DNA from: a virus
Taxonomy: Duplodnaviria; Caudoviricetes
Reading direction: 5' to 3' (one strand)
Virus record (IMG/VR): IMGVR_UViG_3300010376_000127
Span: 1-24,268 of that record
DNA: 24,268 bases
In this document: piece after piece, positions 7,296 through 16,241 of the stretch
How the letters are laid out: each line of letters starts with the position of its first letter
Position numbering within the stretch: the first letter of the stretch is position 1
Translations under genes and position numbers: made by a program
The notes under the pieces: model-generated
What the model saw: the letters and a program-made list of their open reading frames with translations, nothing else
What the model was told of the DNA's origin: nothing
Databases searched by the model: none

Positions 7296-10200
7296 TTCTT
7301 GGCTTCCAACGCGGCGATGCGCCGCTCATGGTCCTGGAATCCTGTGACCAACGGCGCGATCATTTGCGTGTAGTCCAATCCGCTAGCCTGCTGGCCGCGT
7401 CCATCGCAGTGCCCACCATAGGCTACGTCAACCTCGTCTTTGATAAAGCCGTGACGTATAGGCCATAGTTCTGCTGTGCCGTGTGTGTTCTTGTAGCGAT
7501 AGTCACACGGCTTCAGCGACATAAGGAAGCTCGTTCCAAGAGAACACGGTGCGATATCCTGCTTCAGCTCGCGCGCCGAGGCGTTGCTGAACGCATACGA
7601 CCACACAGCACTCCATCCGTGCGCGCCAGGACCAGTACCGCACAATCGCGCGTTGTCAGTCTCTGGGAAAAACTGCGTACCGTCCCAAAATATGTTCGCA
7701 CTACCAGCATTGAACTTTAACCGCGTGCTGAAGTCATTGTTAATGTATGCCTGTGTTGCGCCGCCGCTCGTTTGGAAGCAGATACCAACGGCCGTCGAAT
7801 ACATATAGAGGCCGCGCCAGCTCAGCGTCGTTGCACCAAGGTCGGCTGCGTCTGAGGCCGTCGGCTGGAACGTGCAGTTGATGTTCCCGGTCGGACCAGG
7901 AACGCCTGCACCGCCAGTCTCATCGTTCGAGACGTAGAAGTTCGCACCCGTGTTCTGACCGTTCGCAAGCATGTAGACTCGGTTGATCTTGCTGGCAACG
8001 TTGGTCGTGTTCTCAAGGTAAATGTCGCGAATATTGCCGCTGTATTCGTAGCAGATCAAGCCGACCTGATTGACGCCGCCCCAGGCCGTTCCGCTGAACC
8101 AATATGCATGTGGCGTCGACCATGAGAACACATTGTTCATGACGATGTGAAGGCCAGTCGTATCGATCGTCACTTGGCCGCTGGCCAACGAGCAGTTTCC
8201 AGACGTATCGATCTGGATGTTGACCGTCGAGCTGTTGCCCATGCGCAGCCCGTTCGTGGTTTCCATCGTTATCCACGTGCCAGTGCTGCTGCCGAAGATG
8301 CAGCCGTACAGGTCTGCAGTGTAGGCGTAGCCTCCCCAGGTGCCTAACCCATGGAGGTTGCCGACTGCCCAGCGTGGCGACCAATCGTTGTACGTTGCAC
8401 TGTTCCTGATGTTGCCGACCAACGTTGGACCGACGCCGCTTGCCGAAATGCCTCCCAATGAGTTGATGGCATACATGTCGATGAAGCCAGAGCCGGCTTG
8501 CCCTGTGTTCATGCATGTTGCCCCAGCAGGCCACGTATGCGTGCTGAAGGCGCCGCCGTAGTTGCGCACCACCGTGTAGCTGTAAGGACCGCCTCCTGAT
8601 GCAGCGCTTGTGACGTGCATGAATTCTGTGCTGTAGCTGCCTCCAGTGTCCGGACCTTCAAAGACGATGACGTCGCCGTTGTTGATGTCGTTGTATTTGA
8701 AGCTCAGCGTCGTGCCTGTGCCGCTGGCTGAAGCCAACGTGTTGGCTCCTGAAGCAACCAAGACCCTCCCGCCCATCGTCACGATCGTCTGCTGCACGAC
8801 CAATGACTGCACGTGCAGCTCTGCCGCGAATATCTGAGCGTACATCTCAGACAACGAACCAAGGTTCACCGCAAACGTCGTCGTAGGCGCGACGAGCTTG
8901 CTGGTCGGATCAGTCCTCAAATCTCCCGTTGGACTGAGGACAAGGTTCGTCGCTGCTGGCGTCGTGATGGTATTGTTGCAGGTCAGCGTGGTGCCGCTGA
9001 AGGTCAGGTTCGCAGACGAGATGATGTTGCCTGTCGTGCCGGCGATCAGCACTTGCGGATTGGTCATCGCGTTGACCGACCACGTTCCAGAGCTGATGCT
9101 CGGCACTCCAGTCGACGCATGCGTGTCTAGTCCCGTACCGCCCTGCGTCGGCGTGGCCTGATTCTCGCCGCCGATGTTGCTCGTGCTGACCCAATAGGCA
9201 AGCTGTCCTGCGACGCCAGACCCGCCGACGGTTCCTCCTCCGCCGCCTGTGCTCACAAGGCTTACGTTGCTGCTGCCGCCGCCGAAGATGGCGCGCGCTT
9301 GGTCAAGGAAGGAGCCTTGATAGGTCAGCGTCTCTGTGCCCTGTACGGTATACTGCCAAAGCCGTACGCCGGCGTTCCACCAACCTGCCTTGTCAGTGTA
9401 TTCGGTAAATTCAGCGTCGACCTGCGAGATGCCCAACGTCGCGCCTGAGAAGTTGCGTGCGCTCAAGGTGACGGATTGGCTTTGCGCAGGGGAGATGCCC
9501 GGCTTCCAGGTCACATACGTCACGTCCCTCAGCGGCGTCTGGTTCAGCCGTGCCAGCAGGCCAGCAGCTTCAGCCTGCGCAGGAGCCAGCAGCAGCTGGT
9601 TCGGGTCCTGAACGACGGCTTCAATGTGGGGCGTCGCGCCTGACGAGGCCGTGACCGAGAAGGGATACTGCGCCGTGTAAATGAACGTCAGCACGCAGCC
9701 AACGGAAGGAGCTGATCCAGTGCCCAAGGTGATGGCGCCTCGCCCATGCGTGCCGCCCGTCGGGCTGAAGTTGTAGTAGCCGCCTCCTCCTGGAGGGCTG
9801 AGGGTCCTGTTGACAGGTCCGACGCTCTCTGTGACGTAGCCTTGGTTCCAGCCTCCGTTGACGGATTGAATGTCTACTTCAAAGGGAAAGTTCCCTGCGC
9901 CGCTGCCAGTGTACGTCCACTGCTGCGTCGGAGTGCCTGTGCCTGACGGGCCACAGATGAGGGTGACGGAGTTGGCTGGCGTGAAGGTTGAATGCTGCCA
10001 CTCAAACGACTGCGCGAATGGCGTCGCGTCTGAAATGTTCCAGGGAGCCGTCAAGGTCCCCGGCGTCAGGATGCGGATCGCCTTGGCCGGAGAGATGATG
10101 ACGACGCGCGTCGGACTGCAGGCGTTGCACACGTCGCGCAGCACGTCCGAACACTTCTTGGCAGTGACCGAGAAGGGCTGCAGCGTGTCGCCGTTGTCCT

Positions 10201-10600
10201 GCGAGCCGTCCAAGGTGATGCCGTAGGCGCCCAGCTTGTCGGAGATCATGTCCGTCAGGACCTGCTTGACGGTCACGGTGCTGGAATAGGTCTTCGTCCA
10301 GAAGGCCCAGTCCGCGTACGCCATCCAGTCAAGACAGGTGACGGAGGTAAAGAACTGCGTCGATCCAGGCTCGATGCCAACCGTTTGGCAGGAGATGACC
10401 ACGCCGCCAAAGACAGCCGTCGTCCCATCGACATCATAAATGATGACAGCATCCAGATACGTCGGCACGTATCCCGGATCCAGCATGAACGACGCCTGCG
10501 TTCGTTCGTTCTGCTTGAGGGTCAGCTTCGGATTATGGGGCGCGCCCTGCACTACGAAGCTGGTCTTGTCGACGCCGTTGACGGTCAGCTTGAAGGCCAT
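7292..10600 (-). CDS. Tail tip/hub plus fibre protein with C-terminal intramolecular chaperone (peptidase S74), 1102 aa
   Basis: Directly abuts the tape measure stop; hub-like N-terminal ~440 aa; Gly-rich linker GGGGGTVGGSG; fibre-like GGTG and beta-rich region; C-terminal SARELKQDI...LKPCDYRYK...HGFIKDEV...LDYTQMIAPLVTGFQDHERRIAALE (about 7292-7579) is an S74 chaperone pattern. Confidence 0.85.
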   Translation of the reverse strand: MAFKLTVNGVDKTSFVVQGAPHNPKLTLKQNERTQASFMLDPGYVPTYLDAVIIYDVDGTTAVFGGVVISCQTVGIEPGSTQFFTSVTCLDWMAYADWAFWTKTYSSTVTVKQVLTDMISDKLGAYGITLDGSQDNGDTLQPFSVTAKKCSDVLRDVCNACSPTRVVIISPAKAIRILTPGTLTAPWNISDATPFAQSFEWQHSTFTPANSVTLICGPSGTGTPTQQWTYTGSGAGNFPFEVDIQSVNGGWNQGYVTESVGPVNRTLSPPGGGGYYNFSPTGGTHGRGAITLGTGSAPSVGCVLTFIYTAQYPFSVTASSGATPHIEAVVQDPNQLLLAPAQAEAAGLLARLNQTPLRDVTYVTWKPGISPAQSQSVTLSARNFSGATLGISQVDAEFTEYTDKAGWWNAGVRLWQYTVQGTETLTYQGSFLDQARAIFGGGSSNVSLVSTGGGGGTVGGSGVAGQLAYWVSTSNIGGENQATPTQGGTGLDTHASTGVPSISSGTWSVNAMTNPQVLIAGTTGNIISSANLTFSGTTLTCNNTITTPAATNLVLSPTGDLRTDPTSKLVAPTTTFAVNLGSLSEMYAQIFAAELHVQSLVVQQTIVTMGGRVLVASGANTLASASGTGTTLSFKYNDINNGDVIVFEGPDTGGSYSTEFMHVTSAASGGGPYSYTVVRNYGGAFSTHTWPAGATCMNTGQAGSGFIDMYAINSLGGISASGVGPTLVGNIRNSATYNDWSPRWAVGNLHGLGTWGGYAYTADLYGCIFGSSTGTWITMETTNGLRMGNSSTVNIQIDTSGNCSLASGQVTIDTTGLHIVMNNVFSWSTPHAYWFSGTAWGGVNQVGLICYEYSGNIRDIYLENTTNVASKINRVYMLANGQNTGANFYVSNDETGGAGVPGPTGNINCTFQPTASDAADLGATTLSWRGLYMYSTAVGICFQTSGGATQAYINNDFSTRLKFNAGSANIFWDGTQFFPETDNARLCGTGPGAHGWSAVWSYAFSNASARELKQDIAPCSLGTSFLMSLKPCDYRYKNTHGTAELWPIRHGFIKDEVDVAYGGHCDGRGQQASGLDYTQMIAPLVTGFQDHERRIAALEAKK

Positions 10601-13600
10601 CTAGGTTCCAAACCCCGCGCGCACGAACGTCTTGATCATCTGCTTCGCCAGCACTTCGTTCCCTACCTGGAAGGTGATCGGCACCGTTACAGCATTGCTG
10701 CTTCGCGATGACGAAGAGGCATAGGCCGCGCTGCCTCCTGTGGCAGGCAAGGTCGCTGAGGAGGTCGGCTGCTGCATGTCAGAAGGTCCGCCCGGAACAG
10801 AAGGCGACAAGTTCGACGGGATGCCTGACCCATCATAAGTTGGCTGTATCTTGGGGTGTACGACCGTATTGCCGATCGTGTCAAGGGAATTCTTCAACGA
10901 ATTCGGACTGCTGCCCGTCAGCGCCTGCGTCAAGGTGTTCACTGCATCGACGATCGACTTGAAGCCCTCCGTCATCGTCTCCGAGAACGTCACGCCGAGC
11001 TGGCTCATGTCGGTAATCTTGTTCCCGTTGTTGTCCGTCAACGTCCCCATGTCGATCATCTTCTGAAGCAGAGGTTCCATGGCTTCGGGCACTTCTGAGC
11101 CCGTGCGCTCTGCTTCATGGATGTAGTCGTCGATGGAGCTGCTCATGTGCTGCGTGATGACGTCGACGCCGAACCCGGCATTCGTCAGGTCAGCGAAGTC
11201 CTTCACGAGCCCTTGCGCAATCGTGTCCAGATGCGACTGTTCTGCCTGTCCTCCTGCCATTTCCCACGTCAGGCCGTACTTCTGCATGGCTGCGGCGACG
11301 TTCTGCGTGTCTGTCTGCTGCTGGTTCAGCAGCTGATTGATTTGGGCGATCGTAGCCTGTGCAGCAGCCAAATCGTTGCGGCCTGTCTGCTGGGTCAGCT
11401 TGATCCACATCTGTTCGCCAGCTGCGCCGAGGGCATCCAGCTTCGCATGCAGCTGGTCGAAACCTCCGAAGGTCTGAGCAAAGGCTACGACAGCATCCCT
11501 GCCCTGCGTGCCGAAGAAGTGGTTGACCACTCCGCCGATCAACGGTCCAAGCGCAGCGCCGATGACTGGAATCGCGGAGCTGATGAGGTCGCCCAGGCCT
11601 GCCAGGAACTTCGACCCGCTGTTGGCCATGTTGTCGAGCGTGTCCTGCATGCTGCTGACGAGCTGTTTGCCTACTTCAGACCCCACCATCGAACCGACAG
11701 CCTTCAGGGCACCGATGCCGCCGCCGCTGCCAGTGAAGGCATTTTGAATGATGGTCGGAATCTGCTTGGCAATGCTGTCGAACGTGTCCATCCAGGTAGA
11801 CTGCACACCGTCAGCAGCTTCCTGAGACTTCAGATAAATTTGATGAAACTGCGCGATGGTGTGCGCGCTGTAGTTGTCTGGGTCTGCCACCATCGCCTGC
11901 CACGTGTTGTAGTTCTTGTCGGCGATGTCCTGAAGGGCCTCCCAGCTGTTGTCGACCAACGCCTTGTTGTCGATCGTCAGCGCGTCAATCTGAGCCTGAG
12001 CATGAGCTTCGATGATCTGATCGAAAGCAGCACGCTCTTCCTCGGTGCCCTTGAAGGCCTTCTTTTGGGCATCAGCCCATTCTTGGATCTTCTCCTCCTG
12101 ATAGCTCAAGGACGTCTGGGTCGACTGCGCGACGAAGTCGTCGTAACTCTGTCGAGCAGATTGAATTTGGTTGAAGCCTGCCAGCACCTGTTGCGCCACC
12201 TTGTCAGCTTGCACCTTCTCTGCTGACAGGTCTTCGGCGCGATACTTGGCCTTGATCTCAGCAACCGCTTGCTCTAACGTGCTTGCGCTGATGGTGCCTG
12301 CGTCGTACTGCTTCTGATAGGACAGCTCTTCGGCTTGCTCCTGCTGGTTCAGGCCTGCAAGCTTGACTTCGAGCGTGTTGTCCTGCAGCTTGGCTTCGGC
12401 AGCCATGGTCTGCTCGTGCAGCTTGGCAAGCACGTCAACTTGTTTCGCTGAAAAGGCGGCCTCGTCGGCTGCCTTCTTCGCCAGGTAGAGTTGCGATATC
12501 GCGTAGTCTTGCTCATTGTAGTTGGAGTTGAGCTTGACCGTCTTGGCGAGCTTGGCCTGTTCGGACTCATACCATCTGTCGTCTGCGGCAATCTTGGCCT
12601 CCAAAGAATCGCCGTCCATTTTGTCGAGCGTTTGATAATACTGATCCCAGAGTTGTTCAGTTTGGGCGATGCTGGCTTCGGTAGCTGCCTGAGCCTTTTG
12701 CGCATTGTCCTTGGTAAACTTCGAGGGATCCTTTCCTGGAGCAGCACCGATGCCAGTGGTGCCAACTTCAGGCGCATGCGCCCACCAATCAGTCGCCTGC
12801 TGTTGAGCGCGCTGCGTGGCTGCGTTCAGCTTGTCTTGCGCAACCTGAGCCTGTGCTGCCTGATCGCTGTAACCTTTGAAGCGCAAGATCATGTAATCGA
12901 GCGTGTCTACTCCGCCTTTGAAGTTCGTCCACTCGATGCCTGCTATGTTCTTGAGCAGCCCCCAAAAATCTTTGATGTAAGGCGAAGCAGCCTTGACCAA
13001 GTTCCCGGCAAACTCGACGGCCGTCGCGAAGGCGTTAATGCCTGCGACGATGGAGTCCATCAGCGTCTTTTGTTGGTCGTTGAAGATGGCGGCGATGGCC
13101 TCCTGCACAGACTCAAGGGCACGGTTGACCACCGGCGACTGCGCGATGGTCTGCGCCAACGTGTCGACCCACTCTTCGACGGCCGTTACGCTCTGTTGAA
13201 CGCGTTCTTTGAAGGTCAGTTCGCTGTCGCCAACGCGCGCCAGGTAAGCTTGCGTGGCCTCCAAGATGGCCAGTCGCTTGCCTTCGAGCTGACCTTCAGC
13301 GTTCAACTGATCGGCCGTCGTGCCGATGGACTTGGCGAACTCCTCCTCTCCTGCCTTCGTATCGATGAGGCCGATCTGCATCTGCAGCTGGCGCGTGCGC
13401 CCTGTCGCCAGTGCGCTGCTCATCATCTCCAGGCCCTGAGCTGCGTCAGTGCCTGTGGCCTTGCCCAAGGCGCGCGCTGCGTCGCCCATCATGAGGGCTT
13501 GGTTGGCCGTCAGGTCCATGCCGGCCCCCAGCAGACGCGTCGTGCTCTGCATGATGGCCATCTGGTCGACGGTGCCTTGCAATCCTGCTGAGAAGTTCTC

Positions 13601-13885
13601 CCGCAGCACTTCTCCTGACGTACCAGCATGCTCGGCCAGCCTGTCAAAGGCTTCCGTCACGCCTTGGATCGTCGAGCCCTTCTCTGCCAGCGCGACGATC
13701 GTAGCCGTCAATCCGGCGATGGCTGCTGCTGCCGCGCCTGCAGCCCCGATGACGATTCCCATGGCACCGTCAAACGCCCCTGCGAACTCCGCCACTTGCC
13801 GGGCAGCATCCGTCAGGGTATCGGTCAGCTTGTCGTCGATTTCAAGGCTGCCGGTTAACGATCCAAGAGATGCGTCGTCTGCCAT
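10601..13885 (-). CDS. Tape measure protein, 1094 aa
   Basis: Long Ala/Gln-rich helical protein after the chaperone pair; typical start (LGSLTGSLEIDD) and end (VPITFQVGNEVLAK). Confidence 0.92.
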   Translation of the reverse strand: MADDASLGSLTGSLEIDDKLTDTLTDAARQVAEFAGAFDGAMGIVIGAAGAAAAAIAGLTATIVALAEKGSTIQGVTEAFDRLAEHAGTSGEVLRENFSAGLQGTVDQMAIMQSTTRLLGAGMDLTANQALMMGDAARALGKATGTDAAQGLEMMSSALATGRTRQLQMQIGLIDTKAGEEEFAKSIGTTADQLNAEGQLEGKRLAILEATQAYLARVGDSELTFKERVQQSVTAVEEWVDTLAQTIAQSPVVNRALESVQEAIAAIFNDQQKTLMDSIVAGINAFATAVEFAGNLVKAASPYIKDFWGLLKNIAGIEWTNFKGGVDTLDYMILRFKGYSDQAAQAQVAQDKLNAATQRAQQQATDWWAHAPEVGTTGIGAAPGKDPSKFTKDNAQKAQAATEASIAQTEQLWDQYYQTLDKMDGDSLEAKIAADDRWYESEQAKLAKTVKLNSNYNEQDYAISQLYLAKKAADEAAFSAKQVDVLAKLHEQTMAAEAKLQDNTLEVKLAGLNQQEQAEELSYQKQYDAGTISASTLEQAVAEIKAKYRAEDLSAEKVQADKVAQQVLAGFNQIQSARQSYDDFVAQSTQTSLSYQEEKIQEWADAQKKAFKGTEEERAAFDQIIEAHAQAQIDALTIDNKALVDNSWEALQDIADKNYNTWQAMVADPDNYSAHTIAQFHQIYLKSQEAADGVQSTWMDTFDSIAKQIPTIIQNAFTGSGGGIGALKAVGSMVGSEVGKQLVSSMQDTLDNMANSGSKFLAGLGDLISSAIPVIGAALGPLIGGVVNHFFGTQGRDAVVAFAQTFGGFDQLHAKLDALGAAGEQMWIKLTQQTGRNDLAAAQATIAQINQLLNQQQTDTQNVAAAMQKYGLTWEMAGGQAEQSHLDTIAQGLVKDFADLTNAGFGVDVITQHMSSSIDDYIHEAERTGSEVPEAMEPLLQKMIDMGTLTDNNGNKITDMSQLGVTFSETMTEGFKSIVDAVNTLTQALTGSSPNSLKNSLDTIGNTVVHPKIQPTYDGSGIPSNLSPSVPGGPSDMQQPTSSATLPATGGSAAYASSSSRSSNAVTVPITFQVGNEVLAKQMIKTFVRAGFGT

Positions 13886-13886
13886 G

Positions 13887-14255
13887 TCAGTCCATTTCTT
13901 TGATGTTCTTGTTCGACAGCACTTCCGCCCAAATTTTTATCGCCTGTATCTGCTGCTCGACTGTCTGCTTCTGTGGCGGAAGCTCCTGCTTAGCTTCCGC
14001 TGGCTTCCAGCTCAACACGAAGTCGCTCAGAGGCCGCCTGTCTTTCTCAGCTACGTTCGTGTTGAAGATCAGCTGCGCTACCTGTGCTGACCTGTAATCG
14101 GCGCGAAGCTCTCCGAACGGTTCCAACTGCGAATATGCCTCCCACTCGAACAAAGTCTTGGCTGAGATTCGGCGGCCAAGTCCTGTTGCACTTGGCCAAC
14201 CGATCTCTTTTGCCAACCTGTAGAGGAACATCCGCCGAGGGCTTCGCGTCAGCCG
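13887..14255 (-). CDS. Tail assembly chaperone C-terminal extension (lambda gpT-like), reached by -1 frameshift
   Basis: Open -1 frame from the slippery site: RLTRSPRRMFLYRLAKEIGW...EWEAYSQLEPFGELRADYRSAQVA, a gpT/DUF4035-like pattern; no clear SD before ATG 14231. Confidence 0.85.
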   Translation of the reverse strand, partial: RLTRSPRRMFLYRLAKEIGWPSATGLGRRISAKTLFEWEAYSQLEPFGELRADYRSAQVAQLIFNTNVAEKDRRPLSDFVLSWKPAEAKQELPPQKQTVEQQIQAIKIWAEVLSNKNIKEMD

Positions 14256-14632
14256 TTTTTTGCCTCCTCCGCAGCCTTGTCAGGCTTCTTGACGTCCATC
14301 CCGTTATGCTTGAGGATGGCCGCGATCATCTGATTGACCAGGCGCTGGTTCTTCTTGCGCAGATGCTCCAAGTGCAGCATCTCGCTGAGCATGCGGTCGC
14401 CCTTTTCGTCAACAAGGCTTCGAATGATGAGGCGAAGTCCTGCCGTACGCTTCAGATCCTTGTCGACTTCGCTGGCTTCTGACCATTCGATGATGTCGCC
14501 TGCAGTCAACGAACGAATGCGCAGCTTCTCTCCAGGTTTGAACCCGTCGATCAATGCGTACTCAACATCATCCTCGTTCAGAAATTCGAGGGGCGATAGG
14601 ATCTTTTCCGGGGTCTTTTCCGTTCCCTCCAT
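14249..14632 (-). CDS. Tail assembly chaperone (lambda gpG-like), 127 aa
   Basis: True start MEGTEK at 14632 with SD AAGGAG; LRIRSLTAGD and IIRSLVDEKGDRML motifs; ends AEEAKNG with a slippery site. Confidence 0.85.
   Translation of the reverse strand: MEGTEKTPEKILSPLEFLNEDDVEYALIDGFKPGEKLRIRSLTAGDIIEWSEASEVDKDLKRTAGLRLIIRSLVDEKGDRMLSEMLHLEHLRKKNQRLVNQMIAAILKHNGMDVKKPDKAAEEAKNG
14255..14261 (-). other. Programmed -1 ribosomal frameshift site A AAA AAC
   Basis: Minus strand GAG GCA AAA AAC GGC TGA; X XXY YYZ heptamer one codon before the chaperone stop; the -1 frame is the downstream ORF. Predicted fusion about 248 aa. Confidence 0.85.
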
Positions 14633-14855
14633 GCTGCTGCTCCTTTTTGCCATACGGGTTGAAGTCCAAATCACAAACGTTGATGGTTTTGCCATGTTCG
14701 TTCATGACGTAAATGTGGCCCGAGTCATAGATCACGTCTTCGACTCGGACCACATCGTGTGCGATCAAAGCAGACCGTTCGGCGTCGTAGGAGACGTGGC
14801 TTGCCAAAACGGTCGTCCAATTGCCTCGTATGTCTACTCGCCGTACGGACACCAT
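14568..14855 (-). CDS. Hypothetical protein, 95 aa, inserted between tail tube and chaperone
   Basis: ATG 14855 with SD AAGGAG immediately after the tube stop; contains IYVMNEHGKTI; last 65 nt overlap the chaperone gene in another frame. Confidence 0.6.
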   Translation of the reverse strand: MVSVRRVDIRGNWTTVLASHVSYDAERSALIAHDVVRVEDVIYDSGHIYVMNEHGKTINVCDLDFNPYGKKEQQHGGNGKDPGKDPIAPRISERG

Positions 14856-14867
14856 GTCGACTCCTTT

Positions 14868-15302
14868 TTACTGGATGAGCAAGCCGTTCAGATACATCGG
14901 ACCAGACAAGCGCAGCGTGACGTCCAGCTGCAGCTTGCCTTCGAACGGCGTCTTCGGCGTCAGCGCCGTGATCTGACCAGATGCGATCCAGATCGTGCCG
15001 GTCGCGTTGTGCAGGAACTTCCACCCGTCAAAATTGTTGTTGATGCGGGAGAAGTAAAGGCCCTGCAGCCAATCCTGCGTCGGGTCCGTCGGCAGGTAGT
15101 TGACCGTGATTGCTACCGGCTTGCGGCGCTGCAGGATGCTGACCACGTACTTGTCGATGTTGCTGTTCTGCACTGATGCATCAGCTTCATTGCCTGACAG
15201 CTCAGGCAACGAAATCGTGTCCAACTCTGCGATCGTCGTGAACGTGAACGGCGTCGAAGCAGGGGCACGCTGCACCAGGAATGGAAATGAATTGTAAGCC
15301 AC
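14868..15302 (-). CDS. Major tail (tube) protein, lambda gpV N-domain-like, 144 aa
   Basis: GTG start with SD GAGGAG; FTTIAELDTISLPELS, ITVNYLPTDPTQ, C-terminal LQLDVTLRLSGP; position between terminator and chaperones. Confidence 0.85.
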   Translation of the reverse strand: MAYNSFPFLVQRAPASTPFTFTTIAELDTISLPELSGNEADASVQNSNIDKYVVSILQRRKPVAITVNYLPTDPTQDWLQGLYFSRINNNFDGWKFLHNATGTIWIASGQITALTPKTPFEGKLQLDVTLRLSGPMYLNGLLIQ

Positions 15303-15360
15303 CGTCTAGTCTCCTCTGAAAACGTTGTCCGAACTTGTGATCTTCCTTGTGCTGCTCCTG

Positions 15361-15798
15361 CTAACTGTGTTCGCCGTCGACGTTGAACATGTATTGCACG
15401 AAGTTGCCTGTCGCATCGATGCCATAGTCCATTGGTTCTGTGCGCGCTCCGATCGACAGGTAGAACGTTCCGTTGACGAACGAGTTGAAGGCCTGCCCAT
15501 CTATGGCAGCATACGCTTGGTTGATGAGCGCTACGCAGGCTGTATAGGTCAATCCCTTGGCCAGCACCATGCACGACGGCTTCTTGGTGTTGGGCGTGGT
15601 GTAGTTCTGCACGCGCGTCGGTGCCGGCCCTCCCAAGTCTCCGAGGAAGAGGTACGGGCCTTGCCCCTTCGTCGTGTCGAGCGCAGGATAGTTCTGCGGC
15701 GACGGTGGGACGAAAGCCTTTGAGCTTCGGAAGATCGTCCCACCGTCTACGCCGACGTTGGCATTGATGAGCAAGGTCAACACGTCGTCGATGAACAT
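15361..15798 (-). CDS. Tail terminator/completion protein, 145 aa
   Basis: Position between neck gene and tube; pattern KPSCMVLAKG..Y..AYAAIDG...NGTFYLSI....EP...GID.....QYMFN of the SPP1 gp17-like / 'minor capsid' terminator family. Confidence 0.7.
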   Translation of the reverse strand: MFIDDVLTLLINANVGVDGGTIFRSSKAFVPPSPQNYPALDTTKGQGPYLFLGDLGGPAPTRVQNYTTPNTKKPSCMVLAKGLTYTACVALINQAYAAIDGQAFNSFVNGTFYLSIGARTEPMDYGIDATGNFVQYMFNVDGEHS

Positions 15799-16241
15799 CA
15801 GCCCTTCGCCACCTTGTTAAGCTGCACTTTTTCTGCCAGCATTTGCAGCAGCTTCGGCTTGTATTCGTTGATGACGTCCAGCAGGAAATGAGGGCCTGTG
15901 CCAGGCGTCGTCCAATGAATGCCGCGTCCTGCTTCCTCAGCCACGACCCATGAATGCGGCGAATGGATGGACAGATGATCATGCACGGCCAGCGCATAAG
16001 CATTGGCTGCTCCTCCAAACGACAAGGTTACCGAAACCTTGTTGCCAACCCTCACAGGCAGCGATACGCGCCCGCTGGCCCTCAGGATGCCTCCTCCAGA
16101 GCTGACAGGCGTGCGCCGTTTGGCTTCCGTCATGATCTCCTGTGCGATTTGATAAAGGGCTGCAGCGACGTAGTCAGGGAAACGTCGCTGCAGATCCTTC
16201 ATCTTGGCGATCATCTGTTCGTAACCCCGGACGTAGCTCAT
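15798..16241 (-). CDS. Neck protein, HK97 gp10-like, 147 aa
   Basis: True start MSYVRG at 16241 (SD AAGGAGG, ATGA overlap with GT4 stop); motifs EAKRRTPV...LRASG, YALAVH, GTGPHFL. Confidence 0.8.
   Translation of the reverse strand: MSYVRGYEQMIAKMKDLQRRFPDYVAAALYQIAQEIMTEAKRRTPVSSGGGILRASGRVSLPVRVGNKVSVTLSFGGAANAYALAVHDHLSIHSPHSWVVAEEAGRGIHWTTPGTGPHFLLDVINEYKPKLLQMLAEKVQLNKVAKG

Noticed and set aside
7292-8300. Diversity-generating retroelement target in the tail fibre tip
   Set aside because: No reverse transcriptase and no second near-identical copy (template repeat) visible in this window.
15303-15360. Largest intergenic gap as possible promoter, terminator or ncRNA
   Set aside because: Only 58 bp, with no convincing hairpin plus U-tract or promoter boxes; it holds just the tube gene RBS.
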